Source: Gnetum montanum (Eukaryota > Plantae > Gnetophyta). Taken from it: a stretch of 64,000 bases of DNA. The notes beneath the pieces were generated by a model, which worked only from the letters and a program-made list of their open reading frames with translations, had not been told where the DNA came from and ran no database searches. Every line of letters begins with the position of its first letter. Within the stretch, counting starts at the first letter, position 1. Shown here piece by piece: positions 40,194-53,150 of the stretch. The position numbers and the translations under genes were made by a program. The stretch is taken from the NCBI GenBank assembly GCA_015680685.1, contig MNCI01001142.1:403180-467179 (forward strand), in the 5' to 3' direction.

Positions 40194-43043
40194 TTGTGTT
40201 GGAGAGACCTGCAAGGTAACATAGTGTTACCTCCAAATCGTGAAGTCCCTAACATGATCCTTCGTGCTCTTGTACAGATATACATGATGCAACTATATGC
40301 TGAATACATTGAATGTGATCATAACAGAATGGATTACCATCCCACAATGGCACAATGTCTAAGGGACTCGCAGTGGGAGAGCTACCATACATCGTTGAAG
40401 GGTAAAAGGGTCCCGCACGTCCTAAGCAAAATTGGAGATGGTGAACTAGTTATAACAGGTTGTCCATCAAATGATGTTCTTCCTCCTAACGATAGTGAGG
40501 AGGTGGTGTATCAAAACCTTTGCTCCACAATTCATAACCCTAATTCTGATCCCCACAAACACCAAGTGTTCAATGAGGGAACAAAAAAAAAAGATAAGGA
40601 TGAGCATTCTGATCATCATCATGATTGGGGTCGGGGTCACCAAAGAGAAGGTAAGAAGCATCATCATGGCAATGGTTCCCCTTCTTCTTCACCTTCATCA
40701 CATCATTCACCCTCTCCTTCCACATCTGGATGCAGTCACAAAGAGCGCAACCGTGAGGATAAGGGTAGGCATGATGAGAACCCTCGACGAGAGAGTCAAG
40801 AGCGAGGATGAGGGCACTCTGGAGAATCAAGGCATGAAATAAGGGAAAGTAGGGAACCACGTAGGCATCACAGAAACCATGAAATAAATGACAACGATGA
40901 ACCACTACTTTCCACCCAAAGTATGTTAGATATCACGGAGGCTGTGAGGATACCTACAAGGCACCAGAAAGATAGCCGAATCAAGAGACTAGACATGAAT
41001 AATATCCCCCAATTTGAGGGGGGATACAATGCTGATCCGCAGAATCACTTATAGGCATTTCATGATGCTTGTGCCTTGAAAAATATTGAAAATGAGTGGA
41101 AAAAGCTAAATTTGTTCCCAAGGAAACTTAGAAAAGAAGCGGAGAGTTGGTACCAGTCCTTAGAATCGGAAACCATTAGGAGGTGGAGTACAATGCTAGA
41201 ACTATTTAACGATAAATATCAAACGTACTCCAGAGTGTCCAACTTGTGAAAAAAGATCCAAGGATGGAAGCAGGGTAATCACGAACCCTTGGATGCTACC
41301 ATGGGCTGATATTATGCACTGTTACATCGTTGCTTGGGCCATGGATACGCATAATGGGATCAACTATGCCATCTTGTAGATGGGCTAAGACATGAAACTA
41401 GGAGAACCCTTGGGACATATGCCCAAGGAAGATTATCTGAACTTAGATCTCATAAAGTTCATAGATTGTTGGAGCAAGTAGCTAAGGAAGAAGGCAAGCT
41501 ATGAAAAAGAGAAAGCACGGAAGGGTATAATCGCGATTGTTCTCTCCGAAAGAGGGGAGTGAGATTCTGTGAGGAGGAGGATGAGTCACCACTCGAGGAG
41601 TTGGTGAATAGAAAAACCTTGCTACTTCAAAAGCTAATAACTGAAGTGTTGGCTAATGTAGATCAAATATGAGACTCCTTAGATAGTAGATTTGAAACCA
41701 TTTTAAAAATTGTAGAGGAGTCTAAGGAGCGAAGTAGTGACCATGATAAGAAAAAGAGGAGAGATTCAAACCATGCACGTAACAAGGGTAAGGGAAAAAT
41801 GACTATCACCGATGAGGTTGTGGATTCTGATACAGACAATGATGATGGATGTGGGATTTGCCAATATGACCATCCTAAGGGATGTTGCCCAATAATATCA
41901 CATCTGCAAGAGTCTGGGATGTATGCACTCAACCCAAGACTTAACAAATGGCAAGCACCCTGAAGGTTACCTTATCCCCAAGGTAACCCAAGGCAGTTCC
42001 ACTAATCCTTAAGATATTATCCAAGTGGAACTCTACCACAACCTATCAAGAAAAACCAATAGTGAAAATACCCACAGTCATGGGGAATGCCACCACCAAG
42101 ACAACAATACCCTTACTGGCAACCAGACTCATATGGCTATTATGTGCAGCAGTCGATTTCTCCAAGTGACTCTATGGGTCACGTAACCCCACAACATCAC
42201 TACCAAGTTCGGGAGTATTTTAGGACTCCCTCTCTTGTAAGAGACACTTCACATGCATACCATCCTCCAAATCCATCCACATCTCTTACACCAATAGTTC
42301 CACTACCATTCGCTACAACGATGCAAGGGGAACTCCCCACTCAACCACAACAACGTAATGCTATGAGAGCTGTAAACCTTCAACCTACTACTGGTTCTAA
42401 AAACCATACAAAGAGAAGACCTTTCTTCAAAACCAAAATCCCAAATAAGCTCTCACAACCACAAGAGGTTGAGCCTCTAAATTCTCCTCCATCAAATAAG
42501 GCTTCGGAACTCCCTTCAAACCAACAATAGAGCTCAATGCACATGGTTATGTTAACACATATCGTCACTAACTGGAAAAAGGTGGGCCACCTTCCTAGAA
42601 AACTCTTTGACCCTAGAACTTCCTTAATCTACCTCCAAGTTGCTGGGAATGAACCATGTAAGGCTCTTCTTGACTCAGGTTCCAGAGTCAACTTAATATC
42701 ACAAGAAATGTATAAATCCTAGAACTTTCCTCCACTTAAGAAGAGCAATATTCAATTAGAGATGGTTGACTAGTCCATCACTATTTCCTTGGGACTTATG
42801 AAGGACATTGTTACCACTGTGTGTGGTTGGTCATAATGAGCTAATTTCCTAGTGATAGAGGTCAACAATAATAAAAGTGACTTCCCAATTATAATGGGGA
42901 GGGCATGGCTCAGTACCATAAACGCATGCCTAGGAATCCACGATCCTTCCCTGGAAATATCTAAGGAAAATATTTATGGAAAGATCAAGGAGAAGAAAGT
43001 TCCATGCATCACATATAGTGATACAGAGGGTGATGACATATAG
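40194..43043 (+). pseudogene. gag (with His/Ser-rich N-terminal extension) and protease of A3
   Basis: ORFs 40194-40811, 42087-42530, 42537-42722 (LLDSGS), 42852-43043 (PIIMGRAWL); gag DPQNHL.AFHDAC at ~41035. Confidence 0.85.
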
Positions 43044-45247
43044 GAATGTTCAACACTTCCTGTATGCAACCAGTGTGCCCAAGAGACTAACATATAAAAG
43101 TGCCTATATCTAGCAACCACACAACAAGAAAACACCCAGTGGTTGATAGCTAATGAAAAGAGAAACCTACCAATATGCATGGAACTAACTGGGGGAACAA
43201 CTTGCAATCACAAAAAAAGCATAGATACATTGGAGTATGAGCTTCACCAACTTCCAACCCTCAACTTGAGAACATCAATTGGAAGAAGTTGGACACTTCT
43301 AAAAAATTCAAAAAAAAATGCTCATTATTTCAAATCTATCCCTTTCAATTCAATCATGGGGGAGATGGCCACCTATGCTAATTATTTGAGGCCCTCAGTT
43401 TCTTTTAAGTTTTTTTTTACACATTTTTGTTTTGCACATTTTTTTTTATAAATTTCTTTAACTTTTCTTGTTTTTGTTTTGCAACATTGTTCATACATTT
43501 TCTTTTATTCGTGTGTGTATTCATCCATTTTGTTAAGTTTGTCACCTAATAAGTGCTCCAAAGATGGTATGAATTGTTTTCTCTTGGTTGCTAATGTTTA
43601 GTTTTTACCTTTAAATGATAATGTTGATACTAAGGTATGGTTCGTTTGATATAATAGGCAATGAGTCCACATCATCCGTGAATCCAAAAATCTCTATGGT
43701 CTCTCTTGGCTTGGAACTGTATAGTCCCTTTCTTCAAAATAATAAGAACTATAAATGAATCAGTGATTGGGAATTTCTCAAACTAAGGAAGGACTCAAGG
43801 ATTGAAAAGGGTGTGGCTTCAAGGGAACTTGATGCATTTGTGTTGGCCATCCTCTTGGGTGCTTGGATGTTTTCTTCTTGAGTTTTCTTACCATTTCAAC
43901 ATTACCTAATCATCGAGAAGCTGAGTGAATAAAAATAAAAATAATAAATCTTTGCATGGTGTTCTTCTCATGAAAAAAAACTGTGAGAATTTAAAGCACA
44001 CCCCTTAGACGAAGTAATCATTTGGGCTACAAGCACTGGTTATGGAACTAAAAGCATGTTCCCTCTAACTAAGGCCCTTCCTCGCTTCCTACTTTCTCCT
44101 CCCTTGTTTCATTAGAATGGTGGTGGCTCTTTGAGGGATGCATTCTTGTTACTTCATGTGGATGGATTGACCGAATGTATTAATGCGAAGTCACTGGATG
44201 TGGTTTTTTTGAGGCCAGATTTGGAATGGGATCTACCAAGTCACATTAATCATCAAATACACAAGGGGCTATACATCACCTTGTTCTTGGGACTCCATTC
44301 CATCCTCTTCTTTCCATCATTCTTCTCCATTGTTCACCTCATTGCCGATTGTATCATTAGTGTATATTTTGGTTGATGCATTGTTTTCTTTGTGGTAAAT
44401 TCTTGTGGTTAAGACTTTAACTCTTGTTCCAAATGACATTCCCAGAGACTACAAACTCTTTGAATGTGGGTTTGTCAGGGCATTAAGGGCATGAGCCTGC
44501 TTTGAGGAGGACCCACTGGCATTCCTTTTTGGTGCACCAATTAAATTATTTCCCTTAACATTGTTGCAATTAACTCTATTTTGTTCATTTCCATCTTAAC
44601 ATCCATTTTACCGATGTTACAGTTGTCTCTTTTTCTCCATATTTCTTATTCCTCTTCTTTCTCCATTCTATCGCTACCAGAGGTTCGCTCTTAGTCATGG
44701 GGGTCCTAACTCAATTTTTTCAATTTTCTCCTATCCCCTCCTCCTTCGGTAGTCACCATTATTATATCTCCAGAATCTGCAATCAGCCATACCACAACTC
44801 AACCAATGGACCTTTCACCGAAGCAAGGTATCAACTGCATTGTGATTCATTTACCCTTGCTAATATAAGATTGTGTTGTGTGTGTAGATGGAAATCATAC
44901 AACAATGGATTGGATCTAGAAGAAACACTTGGAATGGATCGATGCTAAAGCAGTTAAGCAAGGAACAAGATTGATGGCGCACTTATGGATGGACAACAAA
45001 AGGTGCAATCTTGGCGTTGGTAGCAACAAACTTCTTTCTCTCTCTCAGCTACCAAATAAGGCTGGATGTCAAATGTACAAAGTGTTCACTTTTGTTGTCA
45101 TGAACACTACTTTTGTCATGTTTTGTAATGATGATTCATTCACATGTCATCCCATTCACCATTAGTTCCATTCAAGTCAATAATCTCATACCTTCCCAAT
45201 ATTTTGTAAGGAACTCAGGGATGAGTTTTTATTCAGTCATGGGGGTA

Positions 45248-46080
45248 TGATGGGACGTGATATCGCATGGGCCGCAATATCGCATACAAAATATTGCATC
45301 TACCGTAATATCGCATACGTGATATCGTATACGCGATATCGCAGCATGCCACCAATTCTATAAATAAGAGGCAACTCTCCCTTGTTCCTCCATCTAGACC
45401 TAGACCTTAGCCAAACTCTTGTTATTTTTCCATTCTAGAGTTAGAATAATTTCCATGTGCCCACATTAGGAGTCCCAAAGTCAACAGATATTTATTCAAA
45501 CAAATATTGTACCTAAGCACACGTTTGTGTATGGAAATAAAGATGAACTTTTGGATAAACCTTGCAGTGCATGGACTAAGCTAAATAGTACTTTAATTAA
45601 TGTTAAATGTTTAAATGCTTTATTAGTTAATTAAATCTCTCTCAACCCTCAACTCTCATAGTTAAGTGCATTCAGTATGACCACTTCGAGCACGTGCGTT
45701 GCACTTGGTAATCCTAGTAATGAATAGCGTTTGGTAATCCCAATAGCGTTGCATTGGTTCAGGGTGTGAAACGGCAAGTGGGAATGGATACTGATGCTAG
45801 GGTAATTAAAGCTTAGTTAGTTAAAGTTAGTTACTTAGTCTCTTCACCCTTTCCCTCATTAGCATAGGCGATAAAAGAGAAAAGATATAAAAATCACATA
45901 CCTCAAACTCACTTAACCATACAACCGTGAAAAATACAAGTGATTTTGGGAGGATAATGATTGATTAACCTTAGGTGTTCCATAGGGTGTGCAGGCACTT
46001 AGTCTGTGGAGTTCGACTGGATCACACGTGTAATGCTCATATTCGTATGGTTGAGTGTAGGGATACCTCGCCACTCATCA
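45248..46080 (+). repeat. 3' LTR of A3 (833 bp), preceded by PPT CAGTCATGGGGGTA
   Basis: TGATG...CATCA termini; end nearly identical to A2 LTR end. Confidence 0.92.
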
Positions 46081-49000
46081 GTTGAGTATGAAGCTTTATG
46101 TAGAGTCTTGAGAATGACACATAAAAAATAAATTATCAAGTTAGTGATTAAAGAAGCCTCAGAACTCATATGTGATCAAGTTGAAGGAAAGTGTAGTGTT
46201 AAGAGCTAATTCCTGAAAAATTACAAGAAAATAGTAGTAGGATTACTCAAAAATTTCATAGAATATAAAATTGTAAATATACCAAGGGAAAAGAATCAAA
46301 AGGCTGATGAACATGAGATAGTAGCTTGAATTCAAGACTTTTAAAAAATAGCTAAAAGCCCTAAAGTAGTGATTGAGTTAGAACTAGAGCCAAAAATCCT
46401 CACTAATGAGGATTATTTTCAAGTATTTCAAAATGATCATCAAATAATTTGAGTCCTTAATAACATAGGAAAATTCATAGCTCAAGTTCATGAAAAAGTT
46501 GATTTAAAATCTAAGGAAAAAAGGATACATCAAAGGGATTTACTGATGGAAGAATAATTCAAATAGAAACTAATGAAAGAATTAGATGTTTAAAATATTG
46601 AATATCAAGCTTATGAAATAGTTAATTTAGAATTTCAAGATACTCCAAAGCTTTTCAACATTGGGAAAAGTTTCAATAAAATGTAAAAGAAAAATTAATC
46701 AAGTTCTTAGAGAAACATTGGATAGTTTTTCTTGGTGGTATGATCATTTAAAAACTTTTGACCAAAATATCATGACTAATAAAATTCCTTTGGAAAAGGA
46801 CTATAAGATAGTCACATAGAAGCTTAGAAATTTTAATCCAATTCTCAAGCCAACAATTCAAGCTAAAATCAAGAAATTGTTAGGATCTAGCATAGTATAT
46901 CTCATTAGATATTCAATCTAGATATCTAATTTAGTACCAATTAGAAAAATGAGTGGAGATATTAGGCTATGTATTGATGTCAAGAATATAAATGAAGCCT
47001 TAATCAAGAATAAATATCCTCTTCCAAGGATCAATGAAATCCTAATAAAGATATCATGATGTTAGCTAGACTCATTTTTAGATCGGTTTTCAGCCTATAA
47101 TGATATTTTAGTAGATAAGGATGATAAATTAAAGATAGTCTTTATCACTAAATGGGGAACATTTGCATGCAAGAGAATGTCCTTTGACTTATCAAATGCA
47201 CGATCTACTTTCTAGAAAGCTATGGATATTCCTTTTAGGACTTATTGAGAAGTTTGATGCCATTTATTCAGGTGATATTACAATTTATTTAAAAAATGAG
47301 CTTGATCATATCTTTCACTTACAACAAATATTTAACAAATGCTAAGAGTTTGGTATTTCTTTGAATCCTAAAAAGTATATGTTTGGAGTAAATTAGGTAG
47401 TTTACTTAGGCATATAATTTGTTAAAAAGGAACCACTATTGATCATGCTAGAATTGAAGCCATTCAAGGTATAGAAAACTCTACAAATAAAAAGGCATTA
47501 AGGTCATTCTTTGGAAGCATAAACTTCATTAAGAAATTTATTCCATGATTTATTGAAATAACAAAGCCTCTTTTACATATGTTGAAAAAGGATATTGAAA
47601 TATGGAAAAGAAAAGAGTCACTTGAAGCTTTGAATCAAAAGCTATTTAGGAAGCTCCATATTTTGTAAAGCCAAAATTAAAGGAAGATTTTTGGCTATAT
47701 ACTTTCTATTCAAAAGACTCATTGGATTTAGTGCTAACACAAAAGGGTGGAATAGAAGAAACGTCAATTGAATTTTTTGATTACCAACTAAAGAATGTTG
47801 AAATAAATTACTTGTAATTAGAGAAACAAGCATTTTTCATGATCAAAGCTTTGGAACATTTTAAGTATCATTTGCAAAACACTTTAGTTCATCTAGTGAC
47901 TATAGATCCAGCCATAAGAAAATTCTTGTCTCAAAATGAGAGTAAATTAAAGAGAGCTAATTGGATATTAAAGCTTCAAAAATTTATTTTTACTTTAGAA
48001 ACCTATAAAATAGTAAAGAATATGGAATTAGCTAGGATGATGGAAAGAGAAATAGATTAAGAAATACTAGCTTTCTCTGAAAATACTAGGTGGTATGATG
48101 ATATAGTAAAATTTCTTATCAGCCAAAAGATTCCCAAGAATCTATCCAAAGACATAGAAAAATCTATCATAATCAAAACTAAAAAATACATCTATACATA
48201 GGGAAATCTATACAAAAAGGATTTTAGAGGCTTTTTACTAGAATGTACATCAAACTAAAAAATTGAAGCCACATTGAAACAATTCCATGATCATGAGGGT
48301 TTGTACTATGAATCCCCTAGGACCACGATGCAACATATATTGAGATGTGATTTTTATTAGTCCATGATGTACAATGATGTGAGCAATAACATTCTAACTT
48401 GCCATAAATGTTAGATTGATGGGCCTAAGCTAAGAAAGGCTAATGCTCTAATAAAACTTTTAGTGGTAGAGAGGCCTTTCAAGATATGGGGATTAGACTT
48501 TATAGGGTCTATCACTCTATCAAAAGTAGGAAACAGATATATGTTGATAACTATTGATTATTTTAGTAAGTGGCCACAAGCTACAGCATTAAAAAGAAGT
48601 GCATCCCATAATGTAATAAAATTTCTTAAGCAATATATTATGAACTATTTTAGGTTGCTAGAATCACTAGTAACTGATAATGGCATAGCTTTCTTGTCAA
48701 CTAAGTTTATAAGATGGGTTTTAGTGAGGTCAATCTACTCTATTCATCTTCAAATTACTATCTACAAGGAAATGGTCTAGCTGAATCCACCAACAAAAAG
48801 CTAATTTTGTACATCAAGCATTCCATGGATAATAATGTGCAAAATTGGCATGAAAGGTTCAAAGGAGACCTATGGATAGATAGGATTATAATGAATAGAT
48901 ATATAGGGAATTGACTATTTAACTTCATTTATGAGTATAATTCTCATATAACTAATACAATCATGTCTTCGATAGCATCATTTATTGAAAATTATAGCAC

Positions 49001-49335
49001 CCTATCAAACAAGGAACATGCTCTAATGGCCTTATCATTATAAAGGGAACCTAACTTTAATAAGAAATGAGATAATATCTTGCATAATGCAGCATTAGTA
49101 AAAATATGGGTTGATTGTTGTGTAGGACAGAATTCATTTAGAGAGGGAACTTAGTCTTGTTATGGAAAGTTAATAAGAAAGACAAAGTTAACAAATTTTC
49201 AGCCAAATGAATTAGACCTTTGATGATTAAACAACAAGTGGATGAAAATACATTTAAGATTGCTTTACTAGATGGATTTATGTTGAGCTATCTATTCAAT
49301 ACACTTCATCTAAAGCATTATTTTGGACAACCACT
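46081..49335 (+). pseudogene. pol: pol of B3: rest of aRH, RT, degenerate RH, integrase
   Basis: VEYEAL..; NLVPIRKMSGDIRLCID; FITKWGTFACKRMSF; ORFs 47839-48060, 48463-48780, 48714-48914. Confidence 0.9.
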
Positions 49336-49447
49336 TAAAACTACTAAAAAATGACCAACAAGATTGTAAGTATGTACATATTATGTTGTTATAAATTAGG
49401 AATATATAGTAAGGCCAAAGTTGAGCTATAAAATAAATAAGTGTATC

Positions 49448-49980
49448 ATGGCTAGGAAATCAATGCCCATTGTGAGAAGAATATTGTTTACAAGTCCAAC
49501 GAGTATCAACAAGAAAGCTAGACCCTTTATCTCATATCTATTTGGATGTTGTCCAAAATATGTGCAAAGGGCTTTCTATAGATGTATTTGCTATGGAGTA
49601 GCATATAATAATCCATTGTTGTCATGGCTCATAGATGAATTCTTAACTCTCACAAATGGGAAATCAATACATGTTCTTGGATGAGGGAAATTTCTAGAGT
49701 TTTCTAACCTATTATTAAGAGAAAACTATAACGAATATAATCCAAATCAAACATTCAATTATGAACATGTGTTGGTGAATCAGCCCAAGAATGAAGCTAA
49801 AGAGAGGTTCAAAAATTCAAGGAAAAAAAAAAGAGGAGAAAGAGTGAAAGGAAGATGCCAATTTTGCAAATCCCAATGAAGAACAAGATTGAACTAAAGA
49901 AACACAAGTTGTGGTACCATCTCAAGTTGCTACTGAGCTTGAATATGATGGATCCTTTGATTGTAAAGTTTTGAGAAAAG
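49448..49980 (+). pseudogene. Extra ORF downstream of integrase in B3, unknown function
   Basis: MARKSMPIVRRILF...SWLIDEFLTLTNGKSIHV..KFLEFSN..FNYEHVLV, homologous to the B2 ORF. Confidence 0.7.
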
Positions 49981-51989
49981 GAATTATTACTGTACAATAT
50001 CACCTTGTTTACTAGCTTAGCTTTAGCATTTCGTTTTCAGAGTTTTATGATTGGGATGTTTTCATCTCTATTAAACCTAAGCTATAGGGGTTTTTCCCAT
50101 AAAAACATTTCAACATCTCTTCAACTCTCTATGAATGCACATAAAAATCATATTAATGAAGTTTGTTATTTGGGAAAAATTATTGGTGCAACAATTAACC
50201 ATTGATATGGAACATCTTTAACCATATAATTACAAGCTCAATTTTTCACACATTGCCACTAAATATAAGGAGGCTTTGAGCAATTTTTAGAGATTGTTCA
50301 AAAGATAGATTACTCTGAACTCAAATTTTTGGAAAGATAATTTCCACTATTTATAAATGTTCTCTTTTGAATGGAGTATTACCAAAAGGAATGAACCAAA
50401 TTTTAAGCTATTAAAAATTCATTAAGATGTGTTTTTACTAAGAAATTTTGAAAAAAGATTTAATGAATGTGTATTGCATTTTAAGATTTGTACAATAAGA
50501 GTCCCAAAGAAGAGAAAGCCATTCTAAGTATTTCCAATTAGTTATAAGAAAGTTAGAATTTTTAGCTAAAATTGGTTCTATGCAGATTAATTAATTGAAC
50601 ATTAGATCCAAAGCTTATACTAGTTAAGACTCAAATTCATTTTTCATTAACTAGAAGTAAGTTGAGCTTATCGAAAGCAAAATTGTAGAGCTTAAGGATT
50701 GGCTTCATGGTAGTAGGAATTAGAACAAATAGTTGAGTAATAATAGAAATCCTTGTTGTAAAGAAAAGAAGCTTTGTTAGAAAAAGGGGTTTTTGCTACA
50801 TCAAATGGTTAAGCCAATGATTTTTTTTTATAATGAATGAAACAAAGTGTCTTTCCTAACTTAGCCATGTGGATTATAAGTGGTTCTATGAAGGGATTCC
50901 TTTATCTACTTTATCATGTAAGCAGATGATAAGTTAGTAAATTCAATTTTTGTTTTTATAGAATAGCTCTACCAAGTTAGCATGAAGTGTAAAATAAATC
51001 TTCTTGTGTGGAAAAATAGCTTCACAAAATGATTCTATGACCATGTAAAAAAGCTCATAGAATTGAAAAATGGCTCTACAAAGAAGTTCTATGAGTTGCT
51101 CAGCTTTCACCATGTTAAATCATAGAAGAAAAAAATCATAGAACCAAAAAGTGGTTCTATGAGCAAACTTCAATGCCATTCTACAAGCGATACTAGCTCT
51201 TGACACATCAACTTATATAACTAGTTCACAAGGTAAAAATTTAGCTCTACAAAGAAGCATCTCTCATAGAGCTAAAATTTCATTCTACAAAGAAGGTTAA
51301 AATTAGATCTACCATGTTATCTATGGGTAGAGAATGTTGTTGATATTTATACCTATAAACAAGTGCAAAATTAGCTTTGATACATCAACTCATGTAGGAA
51401 GCTTGTAGAATTGAAAAGTGGCTCTATGAAATAATTCTTCCATGTCATCATCTCCCATAATTACTCCTTTGTTGAATGAGCTCATAGAGCCTAATAATGG
51501 TTCTACTAAAAATCTCTAAATTATTCTATGAAACACATTAGAATCTACCACATCAGCTTGTAGAACAAAAATTTATAAAGCCAAATTTTCATTTTGCTAA
51601 AAAACTATAAAGAAACCCTATGAGCCATGTTAGCATTCAAAATTGACAAAAAATTCCATCTAGATGAGAAGTCATAATCTAAATAACATGAGCTCTATTA
51701 AAGATATGAGCTTGAGTTGCTTAAGGAAGTAAATTTTTTGTATGCATATATGAGTTAAAGTAACAATGGGGGTTGTGAAAGCTCAAACATGAGCTTGTTA
51801 ACATTGGCAAATGATAGAAGTGCATTTAGATGTTTTCTTCAAATTTTTCTTTCTAACTCTAAAAATTATCAAATTAGATAGGAGGCATGATCTACTTACT
51901 CTTCTTATTCTTACTTGACTAAAAGTTCCTTATTCAAAAACCTTTTCATTATTTTCTTCTTAAGAAGAAATAACCTTAAGTCTTAAATC

Positions 51990-53150
51990 TTTATTTTGGC
52001 AACCATTTGGGACCACCAACATTTTTAGGCCTTCGATCTCATAACGTTCTGGGATCACAGGATGTAAAGATGTTCTTCAAATAGGGTTTAGGTGCTTGTT
52101 GGTCTTTCGCAGCACTAAGGCCCATATATCTTCAAATAGGCTCAATGATTATAAAATGAACTAATTGTGAGTATGAGTTTGCTATTGTAAACATTGAAAT
52201 GGTTGGGTTGTGTATGAAACTATAATTGGCTTTCATAAAATAAATTCAGCTAACTTTGTCAAATACTATGAGTTATTGAAAGTTCCTATTTTTTCAAGTT
52301 ACTTAGTCTATATAGTTGCTATAGTACATTACTTGTAACAAATAAACTTTTGCAAAAATGTTTGAACATAATTCTACCAATCTACTCCTATCTTTGCTAA
52401 AGAGAAAATTCCACTATAAAACCAAAAATAGAGCAACATTAAATGGACTTAGAAAGAGAAAGAAAAGAGAGTAATTTTTTGTGAAATATCAAATATTTAA
52501 GCAAGGTAAATTGACATGAGAAAACACTTTGTAATAAAGATATTCCATTTTATTCTAACTATGAATTGTCCAAACCCTCTGAGCTCAACAAGTATTACAC
52601 TACAAAAAATGCTTCATAACTAACAAAAATTGCATTCAACAGAACCTTCAAAAAATTTGACAATTTTAGGATTGAAATACCAAGGCAATACACTTTAAAA
52701 TAATGAAGCTATTTTAGTCATCTCAAAATATCAAAGAATTTCCTATATCCTCTATGCTCAAAACATGCAATTTTGTTAAGACACCACTATTAAATTGCTC
52801 TATAGGATTTTCAACAACATAAGATCTTTTATAGAAAACCTTAATAGAAGTCTAATATTTAGCAAAAATNCAATCTCCAATATTCTTTCAAGTTGGTTCC
52901 CCCTAAATTCTACCCTTGAAGCCCTTTTTATAGTGTCTTCATGGTAGTTACAATCATCATTGAAGATTAAGGTGAATATCAAATATCTAGGGAATTTATT
53001 CATAGCTACCTTTAGAAGTTATAATTTTCATAAGGAGTTTTGAGAAAATCAAGACATAGTTGGCAAGTGTCTTCTTAGTTATAGATATCATGGGTATTTA
53101 GCTATACAAACATAGAAAAAGTTACAACTTTTAGCGGAAGTTCAATCATC
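51990..53150 (-). repeat. B1-subfamily LTR (solo or truncated element), with an N gap at 52870
   Basis: Colinear with 15640-16960, e.g. TGTTCTTCAAATAGGGTTTAGGTGCTT. Confidence 0.75.

Larger units (their letters stand above)
39925..46080 (+). mobile_element. Non-autonomous Athila-like element A3 (5' LTR remnant, gag, protease, 3' region, PPT, 3' LTR; no RT/RH/INT)
   Basis: 39925-40019 matches the 3' LTR from the TATA box onward; gag ~40190-41500; protease KALLDSGSRVNLIS; host aRH resumes at 46081. Confidence 0.9.
36090..51830 (+). mobile_element. Tat-like Ty3/gypsy B3 (LTR, PBS, gag, PR, aRH, RT, RH, INT, extra ORF, 3' region; 3' LTR missing), interrupted by A3
   Basis: Protease LVDLGATS ~39350; aRH LYFDESC..LEFPYTN / VEYEAL; RT 46760-47600; integrase ERPFKIWGLDFIG...IDYFSKW...VTDNG. 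Confidence 0.87.

Noticed and set aside
40194-40905. 205-aa His/Ser-rich ORF and overlapping ORFs as a cellular gene
   Set aside because: Inside element A3 directly upstream of the gag core; overlapping frames are low-complexity shadows
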